A DNA stretch of 61,643 nucleotides, filler included, from Sphacelaria rigidula (GCA_964200075.2; 9 parts of 9 records of this genome joined end to end with filler, not necessarily neighbours in it), one strand, 5' to 3'; counted from the whole stretch's first letter, positions 12,370 to 25,399 are shown. Numbers and translations: made by a program. The notes: generated by a model not told the origin, from the sequence alone.

Positions 12370-14829
12370 TTATGATTGTTCCTCGGATGGGTATGAGCGC
12401 TTACAGCACTTTTGTGTGTGGGTGAGACGGGCTCATACCCTGGACAAAATATAGACTATGTAATAGAACTTTGACGCTGCAATAGCCCCGAAAATTTGTC
12501 CGTCGAAGTTCACTGTCAGCCATGACCGACAGGCATCAAAGTCCACCGATAGCTATTATTGCAGGCGACAATGGATTCGGGACAGGAGACAAAATGTATC
12601 ATTGCCGTGACAATGGGGGGGGCTGGTTGTGCATCGATACATTTTATTTGTTGCCATGGGCTGTGAATCGTGGCCATCAATGTATATTGCTGATCAAAAT
12701 AGGATCTGCCACGCGGCCAGCAATAATACATGTTGTTGATCACAAAGAGAAATCAATTGAACCCATCGATGTGTGTTGGGGGTCACAATGTAACCTGAAT
12801 CTCGGCCACCAGTGGCTACCGCTGGTCACACTGTAATCTGAATCACGGCCACTAATATCTATTGCTGACCACAAAAGGTGCTGAATGGCGTCGATCACTA
12901 GCGCCATGTATGCACACATGTCGCTGCATGTTTCCACCTCATTCCACAGAAGCCATGGCCAGCTATCGCCTCAGGTCATGACGTGTTGATGTGTGAGTGG
13001 TATTGGCATTGATGTCATGAGACCACTGCAGTGAGCAACATTTTTTTCAAATCCCACTGTTGGTGTCACTTACTATCGATATGCGCTCCCGAGAACAATG
13101 GACTATTGACGGCAATGCCCATATTGGTAGTTTCTGGGGCTCCCGCTTGGGTTTTGAAGCGACCAAGTGTTGGCGAAAAAATGCGAAAACAAAAATCGTG
13201 GTGCCGGTTTCGCGGAGACCCAGGATGGAGATGACTCCGAAAAAAGAACTTGAATCCCGACGAACCCCCGAAAAGGGTGAACAAAAGTAAAGGAGTGAAA
13301 CAACCTCGTCGATTGAAATCTGCGCAATGGCCCATGGCGAATTTGTGCAAAGGTTCGGAGTCTCGACTCCCGATATCGTCGTGAAGGCTTGGGCGTTTAT
13401 CCAACGTCGTGAGCCTGAAACCTGCAAACTCACAACTACTTGGGCTGAGTGTCATGACTTTTTACTGTGTGAATTTTGTTGGAATAATTCGTGGTCGTGG
13501 CACTGCCCTCACGACAGACCAACTACTGTTCAGCGAACAGAAGTGTGCAGAGGTTGCACCCTGATGGTGAGATCAGTTGCTTCCGCAGCGTGGAATGAAA
13601 GAAGTGAGACGAATGGTTGATTNNNNNNNNNNNNNNNNNNNNNNNNNNNNNNNNNNNNNNNNNNNNTTAATTAATTAANNNNNNNNNNNNNNNNNNNNNN
13701 NNNNNNNNNNNNNNNNNNNNNNCTGGAAAATTCCTTTCCGCTTCTGCACAAAAGCTCGATTCTTCTCGAACACAGAATCGAACATGTTGTCCGACACAAA
13801 CACAAATAAAGCTATTCATTGTAGCCATTGTATTTAAGCCCGTCCGACGGAAGAGTATATACTGTAGGTTACGGTGGCGTATAGTTGACGAAGGCTCGAC
13901 GCCATTTCTCTATTTCTTGGGCGACGGAAACGTTCTATTGCTCGAAAGGGCCGTATGGGTGAGGGCCTTACGCAGGAGGAAAAAAAAAAAAAAAAAACAA
14001 TTCGTAATGAGGTTTGCCTTAATATCCATGATTTTGGACGTTACCTTCGGGCTGGCTCGAGGCGAAAATTTGAACGAGTATTCCACCGCAGAATCGTCAC
14101 TTGTTGCTGGAATGTAACAAACGGTAGCTTAAAAGAATTGCATCAATAAGGGTCTCACGCAGGAGAAAAAGAACGAAGCAGAAATATTTTCGTCATAAGT
14201 TATGCCTAAATATCCATGTTACCCTTGGACCGAATCAGGTGCTCGTTTACCCGAGGTGCCCCTCTTCCTATGTTCATATCTCGAGATTGCGCGCGCTGAT
14301 CTAGAACCTGAATGGATTGTTCAAACCGTTTGGTCCAGGGCTGTTTATTGGAACTTGCTCCACTGCATCATGCTCGTAATTAGGTTCGAATTAACGATCC
14401 CCCCGCAAAAAACGTGTTGTTTTGAAGTGCTCGTTTTCGACGTGCGATACCACAGCTTGTGTTTGCATTCTGCGTATGGGACCGGCACCTGACGCGAGCT
14501 ACACCCTTCAGGTTCATTCGATGTACCCAAGTGACCTATGGGCCCCTGGTGTTGTCGTGATAAGTGTCTACAGACGGCTTTAATGTTTTGGGTGATTCTA
14601 CAGAACATATTTTTCTTGGGAAGGTCCAAACTTTGGCAGTTTTGTTTTTTCCCGCAAATATATTTTCACTAAATATACGCCACCCACTCACTGCGTACCG
14701 TAGGCGACCAGGTTACCGTTTTTTTTCGGCAACCGTGATGGTGGTCCAGCAAAATAATGTTGTGCGCGGCGGGATAAACTCAATTCCGCGAAAAGGGAAT
14801 GATCGGGCTACATAGTATTTGAGTGATGA

Positions 14830-14905
14830 GACACCCATGAGGCAGTGTGGAACCCGTGGCTGTCGTTGGAAGTGGCGAAACAACGTGAAGCAACTTATTG
14901 TGGGC
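14830..14905 (+). repeat. Dispersed repeat family (CACCCATGAGGCAGTGT...GGAAGTGGCGA)
   Basis: Close copies at 16973-17030 and 47849-47924. Confidence 0.85.
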
Positions 14906-16609
14906 TGTCATCCATATGCACGATGCTTAGTACGAATTGGGCCGAACAATCTTAGCAGGATGCAGGTAACCCTTCATGTGACTCGCCGAACACATCACAG
15001 CGCTTCACGCTTGGTAATGAATTGCGAGCCTGTTCTAGCGAAAACCCGGCGTGCTTTGTGCCGGCTTTGTAGGGATGCGATATCAATCGGTATATATGAC
15101 TATGGCATGCACTACTATGAGTACCCCCCTCATCTCCCCCCTCCCTCGTCTCTGGGCAAAAACGACCAGATTTCTCCATTCGCCGAGAACGTGCATAGAA
15201 GGGCTGAGAGGACAACCGCAGCAGCTGCAGGAGTGACTGAAGGTAAAAAACGCTATTTGATGGGTAACCCGATATTTCCACCCACCCTCTGTAGTAAGGT
15301 TTTGGGATGGTCTACGAGGCAATTCTGCAGCTCAGCCCATCATGTACTCGCTGCTTACCGAATCGGCTCCGTTTCTGTCACTCGCGATCAACTTTCGTAA
15401 CTTTCTCAAAACAAAGCCATGTACTGTAAGAGGCTTCTATCACTTCACGCAACTTCAGAGTGCAGGTTCAACCTTAGCACGTCTGGCAGGTTACTTTCTC
15501 CGAACTAAGGCGTTACCCCCTTTTCCCCCTCCCCAGCGTTCCACTTCCCTGGCCCTGTTATTATTCCAGGTGAAATACGAACATTTGGGGGTTGTACCGA
15601 TTCCGAGAGATACAACCTCTTGTGGCTTATGAAAGGGAAAGAAACTGGGATTGATACTCGCAGCAGAAGAAGCACCCACAGACATCTAGATGGAATTTCA
15701 CCGTACAGATATTTCCATTTCATGACTCAGGTATAAAAGAAAAATACACCGCTATTCATAAGATGATCTAGCGAAAATTGTAGACCGTTAAGAGATTCCC
15801 CCTGTGACAGTATGTCGCCATGGAATGCAAGAAACAAATCTCGACAGCGAGAAACCGAAGTATTCTGCATCCGACTGAATCCATCTAGAAACTGAAGCTG
15901 AAAATTCTTGAGATACACGAGTCGAAGGAAGTGATCGCTCGAAAGAGTCGTCTCCATGAGATTCGAACCCGCTTCAGTGCCGCCCAAGAGGTGAACACGG
16001 CGGACATCACCCGTGAATTTCGAATGTTTCGACGTCGACATTCCAAAAGCTGATTGTGCTCGCGACTAACAACCAACACTTAAATACATCAAATTTGCGC
16101 CGCAGGACATATCTTGTTGACACCTGCCTATTCTCCAAGCTCTTGTGGTATCGGTTGATCTTCTCTCTGTTCAAAAATCTCGGATTTGGAGAAAAAATAA
16201 CCGTGGAAGGGGAGAGTTATCTGCCGCAATTCACGGTTCGTGATAGAGAGAATGCCAAATTTGCCCTCATCCATACGGAACGAAAAGAGAGTGACGGACT
16301 GCACCGACAACAGAGATCGAACACGTCAAAAGTCTGGGCAACACCTTGGCCTAAAGCTCCTTTCCAAGTTGGTGACGGTCCACTGTACACCACAATCTTC
16401 CACTGTACACTGCTCACTCATCCGAGAACACGGAAGTCTCAATTGCAACATGGCAATATGGAGTTCGTCTGGCCCTGGGAGAAACCACGAAGTGGACGTG
16501 AAAAAGTGGGCGAAGGAAGGAAACAGAAATAAGGCAATATATTGGAATGACAACGAGTATGGAGGTCACTAGTTGCAGGTATACAGCGGCGTAGGCTTCA
16601 AACACTCAA

Positions 16610-16769
16610 CTGAGACATATGATTTCGGCTGTACCAGTCGGCGAACACCACCAGCGACAGTCCGCGGTCCTTCACGTCACTCTCCAATTTTCGTTTCTCT
16701 TCATCACCCATTTCGTCCTCGAGATCCACCATCAGCAGTGCTCCGTAGTTTCCCGCGTCGAAACAGGTC
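16610..16769 (-). CDS. MBTPS1: Site-1 protease exon
   Basis: Encodes (W)TCFDAGNYGALLMVDLEDEMGDEEKRKLESDVKDRGLSLVVFADWY, matching S1P '[45 protein letters not shown]'. The donor-side boundary is uncertain. Confidence 0.88.
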
Positions 16770-17622
16770 CTATTGGTCATGATTCACGCACAGCCGACAG
16801 AAAAAGAGGAACAAATGGCTCATTACGCAATTGCGAACACAAATGTCGCACGTTAGAGTGCAAAACGTTTGTCATTGTCAAGTGGTCCATATGTTTCCTG
16901 CTATAGCAGTATCATGCTATCTATCCTGATCGACACGAGAATCCCCCCTCCCCCCCCCACACCCCGGCGACGCACCCATGAGGCAGTGTAGGATCCGTGG
17001 CTGTCTCTGGAAGTGGCGATACCAGAAAATAAATAAAAATCGAGCCACCGGGGCAACCGACTTTGGAGACATTCGAACAAAATACATCCACTCCAGCTAG
17101 AGTATTCTTCATGTGCCAAGATGATCCCAATGATGGCCGGCCATGTTACTGGACACGCGGGCGGGGATTGTTGTTCCAGGCAACTAAGAGACATGTGTCC
17201 GTGCTAGCGATAGCATTCTCCGAGATGAGCATACAGTGTCCTTACTGCGGCGACGGCTATATCTACTCTGCGGTTAGCCTCGGAGTCAAATCGCAACAAG
17301 GGACGTGGGCGCATCTTGGAAAAAGAAATAAAAGACGCAATTAAAGGGGTCAGCCGCGCCAGAATACTTTTCACAAACTCCATGGGAGAGCTATCGACAT
17401 CTCGTTAAAATCAACAACAGAGTAAAAGTTACACACGCGAAGAAATATATACAGAACACGACTGAAAATACTGGTGAAAAGGGACAGAAACGAATTCCAC
17501 TGGGCAGTCAGTCGCGCGGGTTACATTTGATTCTCTCGGCGGTCGACCGAGCGGACATACTGCCAGTCAGTCGTGGGTATCGGGTGTGAGAAAAAGGTCA
17601 GAAATACCTCACACCCCCTCAC

Positions 17623-17737
17623 CAGTCAGATCCTAGGACTTCAAGGTAGTATCCCGCGTCTAGCAGCCTGTTGAACAGCGTCCGAAAGTTGGTGTACGGA
17701 TGATCGCCGTGTCGATCCAGCATGTCCGAAGCATCTC
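17623..17737 (-). CDS. MBTPS1: Site-1 protease (membrane-bound transcription factor peptidase S1P) exon
   Basis: Encodes DASDMLDRHGDHPYTNFRTLFNRLLDAGYYLEVLGSD(W), matching S1P 'DPLDWNGDHIHTNFRDMY..LR..GYFVEVLG'. Boundaries ccag|...|gtgagg; the phase-2 end fits the next exon. Confidence 0.88.
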
Positions 17738-18130
17738 CTGGAACCGAGGTGTAAACCACGACAGCGCAAGACAAGATAGAGGTAGTCTGACGAAAACGCA
17801 TAATAAACTCACCCATCCGTAAGCATTGCTGTCCCTCCAGAGGTACAAGGTTAGAACCCTGCGTTTCGTATTGCTTTGGCTGGTGATCGTGGCTCTCGAG
17901 TTTGGTTCCTTTCCTGTTCGGCCTCGCGACCCTGCCTCTAGTTGCTCGAATGCCCGCATATGACATCGAAACTTAGAGGGCTAGCAGTAGTCATTTTTCT
18001 TTCCTCTTTTATTTTTCTTCTTTTTATACTATTTTATTTTATTTGTTTGTTTTTATTTTTCTTGTATCGCATCTGTTTGAATTGTTTCTGGGTCCGATTT
18101 ACTTTATGAATTGTTTTTACCCTAGCTTGG

Positions 18131-18238
18131 GGTAGTTAGCCTGTGACCACAGAAGGCGTCCGCATCAGATGCCCACTACAGAGTACTGCGCAGATGTCGG
18201 AACGGTTTTTAATGTGACGACAACAACAACAACAACAA
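18131..18238 (+). mobile_element. Non-LTR retroposon 3' end with (ACA)n tail
   Basis: Copy of the family at 11206 and 45117, ending in ACAACAACAACAACAAC. Confidence 0.7.
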
Positions 18239-21200
18239 GAGCAATGGATGTATTTCTCCGTTTGTTAACAACCCCAGGGGCTACAATAGCCGTTGGGCAC
18301 AAGAGGAGCAAAAACAAGAATGGTTACGATTTCACCCTTCTCACACCCCATATGTCGGGGTCTATCCGATTCTGGGGACCCATACTGAAGTCAAATACTT
18401 GATATAGGAAGAACGCCTGCACGAGAGTCATCAGCGGTTCAGCACTCCAGACTCCAAGCTACCAACAGTCAGCATATTGAAACCAGAGTAACATGCTCCC
18501 ATTGTATGTGAAGGATTTCATGTACCCCCGCTGTGACCCAGTGTCTGGTGTTGACTATATTGTGCAACCGTACTTTAACTAGCCTACTGTCAACTTTCAT
18601 CAAAACAGTTTAGAAGTTAGTGCAATAAACTCAGGTGTAGTGATGGATTTTTGCGTGAATAATTCATACAGATACGCGGTAGCCAAGTGAAGTACGAGGT
18701 GCACAGGATATCCCGAAAAAAACTGGCACAGGCTGAACGCAAGTAGGTCCTTGGAGGAATTGTATTCTAGTATGGAATACTTTTTTTCTTTTACTATTCT
18801 GCGTTTTTTTGCTGCTGCTCCTGACCACGGGCTGGATTGTTGCAATCAGCTGATGTGAGATAATCATCATCATCATCATGTATCATTTCACATTTTTCAC
18901 CTCTTTTGCCGAGTTTTCTCTGGCGGCAAGGCATTTTTTCCCGTGCTTTCTTCTGCAGCGCACAGAGAAGGCTCAGCGGTACATTACCGTTCAGGTGTGG
19001 GGATAATCTGATACCTGTGGCGCGTGTTCCGGCCTCCGAACGTCGCTCAAACTGGCCCTTTTTCGCGAGGTGTAAATCTCGAACTACAAACGCCTTCTCA
19101 AGATCGTGTAAAACTTGACAAAATATATTCTCGACTTGCGTCACCCGTACCAACCTCCCGGAGGGGATCCTTGTATGCTAGTATAATATACTTGAGAGAT
19201 TTTTAGCTATCTAGCGCACTGGAACAAGACGTTGAGGTCAATGTACCAACACATGAGAGATCTGCAGACGATTGACATGTCAAACTCTGTTGCACTGTTG
19301 AGTTTCCGGCGTTTTCCACGCGTCACACAGAACACGTGATGTCATCGTTGAGAAGTAATTGAAAAAAATCAGCACGGTTCTACACGGTGTCAAAATATGT
19401 GATACACTGACGCGAGTATCCTATGTTCTGCCGTGAGTGTGGATGATGACAATACGATGGGCTATACACTCTGTATACCACACGGAAACACATGATGACT
19501 CGCATGTTGGTGCTTGCATACAACACGCCCAAAGGCACACACCAGAACAAACATATCTTGCAGGTGCTCAACTTTCCCCTCCACCCCCCCCCCGACGACG
19601 GCAAACGTCTTCGTCTTGTCTCGGCTACACAACACTGAAGAGCCGGGAAGGTGAATACTGCTTGGTGTCATCGTCGAGTGTGGCACCCGTGCAGAACGTC
19701 GTAATTCACCCATGTCGAAATCGAAGACGCCCCCCTTAGTTTGATGGCCCATTCCTTTGGGGAAGGAATATACGCAGTTCGAATATTCATAATAAGATAG
19801 AAACCTTTGAAGATCCAGATTTTCAAAATCAGGAAAAAATCATTTTCGAGACCCATCAGAAAGCAAAAAAATAAAATCGACGCACACTTTTCGAAACAAG
19901 CACAGAGCAAAGGGGAAAAAAGGATAGTCATCCCATCCACATGCGAAAATCGCTTCCATTGGGCTGTCTCCCAGCACAATCGCCGGTAAACCAAAACGAT
20001 ATATCTAGAAGAAATGTCACAAACAGCTTACCTCGCGGAGCGAATGATTCAACATATGGCAAACCTTGACTGATGGTCTTTTCCGGTGTTGCCACCAGTC
20101 CCGACTGACAAGCGCCCGACTAAACGGCAAGGCTGGCAAGATTTGCCACTACCTCCGCGCGGATTTCGTATCGGTCCCCTCGAGAATTGTCATTAGAAAA
20201 AATATTTTTCGGAATCCACGATGGGGGGGAGGCGCAATTCCACCTCAAATCGTCGTTGAAAGCAGCAACGTTTTCGACTGTGCTTATAACCAGTGAGACA
20301 CACTTATTCATACCACTTGGCACTTGTTTCACCCTAATACAAACGCAGCGCGTGTAGTGAGGTCGACTGAAACACCTGTGACGCCCTCTTCTTCGCGGAA
20401 TCACCCCCCCCGCCACATATACCAGTAGTCGAAAGGAGTAGGAAGTAGATGGACAGAACTGCCTCTGTGGCAAAGCAATAGAGNNNNNNNNNNNNNNNNN
20501 NNNNNNNNNNNNNNNNNNNNNNNNNNNTTAATTAATTAANNNNNNNNNNNNNNNNNNNNNNNNNNNNNNNNNNNNNNNNNNNNAACAAGCTTGTTCGAAC
20601 AACCGTTGTTGCTTTCAACGACGATCTGACTCGAAATTTGGAGCAACAAATGGCCCAAAATGCCCCCCTCCCTATCGTAGGATGACTCTAATCATGACAT
20701 AAATCTTGTTCCAACCACGATTTTCAATCAGTGTGGATGTCTATATCCCGCAATAAAAGACATTGATGGCATAGAGAGGTGGGAGGATGACTCGATGGAT
20801 GGAACGACGTGATCTTACCAACACAGCTTCTTTTTAGAAGGTTTGACGATGTTCCATCTGCACCGACGGCAAGGGACGGGGTTCTAGCCGTCGCTAAGCC
20901 GCGATGGAAAACGCACAACGTCAGTCATCAGAACTATGGTAGTTCTGAACCGTACGACGAAGAACTCAGAAACACCCAGGGTGTACTGTAGGTTGTAAAC
21001 ACCAGTGCTTCAATAAGAGCGTATCGTTCAGAGGACGCCTGGAAGGTCCGTCGTCGCGATAGGGAAACAAGGGGACAGCAGAGCTCCGCACATGTCGGTA
21101 CTTGTTCCACGCGAAGGCAGCGGCGCCTACTAGATGTGGCCGCAGCACCCCAGGTGCGTGCTCGGTCAAAGCACTACTGTTCATTCGCCACACCGGAAAC

Positions 21201-21562
21201 CACACTATCACGACAACGCCTTGATGCTTCCCGATTGAGTAAAGTTTAAACGAGAGACTTCAAAGTAATATCGGTGAACGAGGCGACACTATATTGTCTC
21301 CTCCCACTCAACCTTTCGCGGAGCTCCCAAATATCCACCGTATCTTCTGTGCGGGAACAAACGCAACATTTCCCTATTAGTTTCGAGTTCCGCTGCAATT
21401 CATTCCCAAGACAGAACTGGTGTATAGATAACAGGGCAAGGAATGTCACCGCCGAGTACGCCACGTCACGCGGCACATTTCAGTTGGTTTGTTTCGCAGA
21501 TGTGTAACAATTTGCCACCCAGGTGCGTTTGACTTCTGTGCACGTCTCGTTTCTCGCTGCAG

Positions 21563-21643
21563 GTGCTATCTGGTTGTACAGCAGCAACATGACCATCAAC
21601 GGCAGCATGAAATTCAACAACAACACTGCAGAACGGGATGGAG
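21563..21643 (+). CDS. POMP-repeat (polymorphic outer membrane protein-like / adhesin-like) exon
   Basis: 81-nt phase 1-1 exon (ctgcag|GTGCT...GGAG|gtgaga) encoding (G)AIWLYSSNMTINGSMKFNNNTAERDG(G), the GGAI...FxxNxA..GG repeat unit. Confidence 0.8.
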
Positions 21644-21695
21644 GTGAGACCCAAAGCACCCCTCGTCGAGAGCCTAGGAATGTCACCAAGCAGTA

Positions 21696-21775
21696 TGTTG
21701 AGGAAGCGAACAGCTTGCCGATTGTACCAGTGAGCGCTCACTGGTTCAATGGGCAAGCTGTTCGCTTCCTGAACA
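21696..21775. repeat. Near-perfect ~80-nt palindrome/hairpin, with a diverged copy at 21910-21982
   Basis: AGGAAGCGAACAGCTTGCCGATTGTACCAGTGAGCGCTCACTGGTTCAATGGGCAAGCTGTTCGCTTCCT is self-complementary with only two mismatched pairs. Confidence 0.9.
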
Positions 21776-22029
21776 AAGGATATGCGAATCGGCATGATTG
21801 ATTACGGCAGGAAAGGTTGACATGTGAACAGTAAGGCTTGCGAGGGGCAGGTAGCTCCGGAGATCACTGATGTGTCATGCCGGGACGAACAACACAGTGT
21901 ATCGTTTGCTCAAGAAGCAACACGTTTACCCATTAAACCAGTGAGCGCTCCCAGGTTCAACGGGCAAACTGTTTGCTTATTCGAGTGATCGTGTTGATCA
22001 GATGACCTTGCAGCAACGACAGCTCATTG

Positions 22030-23580
22030 ATGTGTGCTCAAACAGATTACTGCCCCTTTGCAGTAAGTGAGAAGCAGAGGGAGATGTGTTTAAAAAGTCT
22101 TTCTTATTACTACCCACACGCATGAAATTGGGTGAAGAGAGATGTGAGGGAGACGAGTGAGAGAGTGGGGCGTGAAGCATTACCCTGTCACGACTACCTA
22201 CGATTCAAACTCTACAGTCGGCGCAAGATCCGCACAGATACGCTTACAGTTCCCAAAATATAGGAACTCGGAACATTTTGCCTTTGTTAAACCGCAAGGA
22301 ACGTCCTCAGAAACTATACAAGAATACTCGAATACCCCCCAATATCCCGCTCATGCCTCTGGCTTCTGTTCGTAGATCAACTATGTTAAACACTCTCCCT
22401 GGCTTGTCCATTTTACAAGCCTAAGCAGGACCCCATTCTTATCGAATAAACTAAACTAGACCAAACTCTCTACTATAATTGCTTATTTCAAATGATAGGG
22501 TCCACCACAAAAAAGAAATACAAACGATGAATTGTACATCCTGACTAAGAGAAGAATCACGTTGCCTAACAAACCCCTCTCTACCCATTACTTTGGTGAG
22601 AATATCCGCATGCTGTTCTTCTGATTGAAGATACTTCACGGATACGCCATCACTAGCAACCAACTCGCTGAGAAAATGGTACCATATATCAATGTGTTAG
22701 CTGTTGGATGAACTCAAGGGGTTTCAGCTAAGTCTACCCCCCCCTTGTTGCCCTCTAAAACGCCAATGCCGTTCGACCCCAAATTAGGCATTATGAACTT
22801 CAGGATCTCCCCCACATACAGGGCCTCCTTGACACCATCCCCCACTGCTACATACTCTGCCCCAGCAGTAGATAGGGTGATGCACTTCTGCGTCCTAGAG
22901 AACCAAGATACTGGCGTCCCTCCACTGCAAATAGCTACGCCGGGAAGAGAACGCCGGTCCTCCGCCTTATGGGCTTAATCTGCGTCGACGTACGTTTTGA
23001 AATCAAACTTCAACTGAATACCTCCCAAGTCGCTACTCGTTTTTAAAAGTAAATCCAAGTCCGACGTATTCAAATGTATCTTCTGTGCCGCCTTGTGACG
23101 AGTCTGCCTGGGTTCATGAGAGAATCGAGCGATTTGCCCGAACTGCATTCGCGATATCGGGCCTCGTCTGAATCGCTATCCACATCAAGCTTCCCCACGA
23201 TCTCACGGAAAGGCACACCCACCAAGTTCTCCTTCTCGCTTGCGTGTCTGAGGTCTAAGGAAGGGGTAGCGAGAATGGCGCTGGTCTTCGTGTCGTCAAA
23301 CGATTTAGAACACTCCAGATGGATTGGGTTTGTGAAACACGCAAAATATATTTTTCCCGGTCCCTTTTTTACTCACTCCTCATGAACCACTTTACGTCCC
23401 CGAGATGTTCAGTGGGACATCTCTGATTAAGTGCACCGCCTATCACCTTTGTCACCTCGTCAGTAGCTGTCCTCATGATGTCCTCCACATGAAAGACCAT
23501 CGCCGCCACAAGGTCATCAGTTACCTTCTGTCGAAACACACAGGGGTCTACCAAGTATTGCTCGAAACCACACTCCACCG
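22030..23580 (-). mobile_element. Ty1/copia LTR retrotransposon 3' remnant (RT-RNase H, probable 3' LTR ~22030-22345)
   Basis: Decayed RT (GFEQYLVDPCVF...VFHVEDI...EHLGDVKWFM) and RNase H (YVDAD...SWFSRTQKCITLSTAGAEYVA...HIDIWYHFL...SEEQHADILTK), with stops and frameshifts. Confidence 0.9.
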
Positions 23581-24058
23581 GGTTGACGACAATAAACAGC
23601 CAAACATCGAAATTGAGGATGGAGCTTTTCATTGAGGCTGAGAACCCGGAGATTTAAAATCTTCGTATCCACACCAAATCTTCGAAATATGGTTCCGTTC
23701 TTTCACCTAGTGATAGCTATTAACAAGTCATACACGCCATACAAATTTGGATTTCGATCAGCGAAATGTTAGGATCCCAGGTGAAAAATCCATTTCGGGA
23801 CATTTCGACCATCCGATCGGATCACCTACAATTGCCAAAATATTTTCTTCACCTAGGACCCCAATATTTCGGTCATCGAAATCCGAATTCGTATAGCGTG
23901 TAGTAGTTGTCAATAACTACCAGTAAGTGAAAGAACGGAACCACATTTCGAAGATTTGGTGTGGATACGAAGATTTAAGACTTCCGGGTTCTCATCCTCA
24001 ATGGAAATTGAAAAGCTCCATCCTCAATTTCGATGATTGGCTATTGATTGTTGATACC
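23581..24058. mobile_element. Foldback/MITE palindrome (~480 bp) abutting the copia RT
   Basis: The two arms (...CATCGAAATTGAGGATGGAGCTTTTC...TCTTCGTATCCACACCAAATCTTCGAAAT...) are reverse complements, with the centre at CCGATCGG near 23817. A related fragment lies at ~34505-34545. Confidence 0.88.
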
Positions 24059-24139
24059 ACGCACAACCACTCTGCTTCAATCCGTACAAAGCATTGTTTG
24101 TATGTTCTACCCTACCCGATACTGATTCACAAGGGGGGG

Positions 24140-24205
24140 GCGTACTCATTTGTTGCTTGCCTTAGTCGTTTGACCATTGACCACGCATCCCTTTCGAGAC
24201 GGGGG
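24140..24205 (+). repeat. Dispersed repeat, inverted copy at 5640-5703
   Basis: CGTACTCATTTGTTGCTTGCCTTAGTCGTTTGACCATTGACCACGCA...TTTCGAGACGG matches the reverse complement of 5640-5703. Confidence 0.85.
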
Positions 24206-25399
24206 CGCAAGTAGGTATCGGTGTCCAACCCCGACCTCGTCTACATCTAAGCGCCTTCAATAACGAACCCTTATCTATTTCACGGAGTACCTCTTTTGTG
24301 GTAACTTATAGTCTGCTTGTCTAAGTGACGTTTCAAGTAGGATATTGCTAGAGTAGGCGTGTTGCCATGACTTGTCATTGAATGACATTCCAGCAGAGTA
24401 CCTAGGCCACGTTAGTTGAAGGATATCTTATGTGTAAGATTGCAGGTGATTTGAGCTAAGAGCTGGCGAGGCTACTGCGTCAGCAGCAGTAGTAGTTGAA
24501 CCGGATGATATGGCTTCGTTGGGCGTACGTGTCCAGACTTGAGTTTTTGTTTTAGGAAGTGATAAGCGTTGAGTTTTTACCTCGATCGCCACCACTCTTA
24601 TGGTCCCCAAGCTACCCGGTTTTCCCTCCAGCTCTCGACGTGCAAAAGAGGATGTTTGATTTTGTGAGAGCCAAGTAGAGCGCTCCAGAAAACCACCCTA
24701 CCTTTCCTTCTTCGCTGCACATCGCGAGGTAGCTTGACCGCTACTGTGCAAGCCCCTGCTTCTGTCTAGTGAGACAGCGCCACACGAGCCAAAATATTCC
24801 AACAGGCTTTGAGCCTTTGCGTAGGTCATCAGGTAATCGGCCTTCGATCTGCGATTGCGTCGGACAGCACGAGCGGAGACGTCACTTCTAGGTAGTATCA
24901 GCAGCGACAGCCAGAAGGTTAAGAAAACAGATATTTCAAACAATCTACAGGTGTGAAAAGAGGGTTTTAAAAAACAACCTAAGGCAGATGGATATATCGG
25001 AGGAACCATCTGTAACTCAGCTCATCAAGAGTATCAACAAGTTCGACGGTACGAGGTTCATCGAGTAGGCGCGCTCTACACGCGCCATCATTTCTTTGAC
25101 TCATCCGGGGAGTTCTCATATCCTTGACGGGGTTGAACGCCCCACGGGAATTTATGAAGAAACGTTTTCTGAGGTATATCTGCCACAACCAGCTGCTAGA
25201 TCAACACCGAGAACAGGCCCCATTGAGAACCGTTCCGGAAGCCGCCTGCAGCCATCCTGTCGTACGCGTTTATCATCAGTGGGGGCAACCGCGACGAGCG
25301 AGGCAACAGCAGCGACGGGTGAGGGTGAAACTACTGATCAAATCCAGCATCCTGCGCGAGGAGTGGCTAGTTATCCCAGCGTCGTGTCACATGTGAGGC

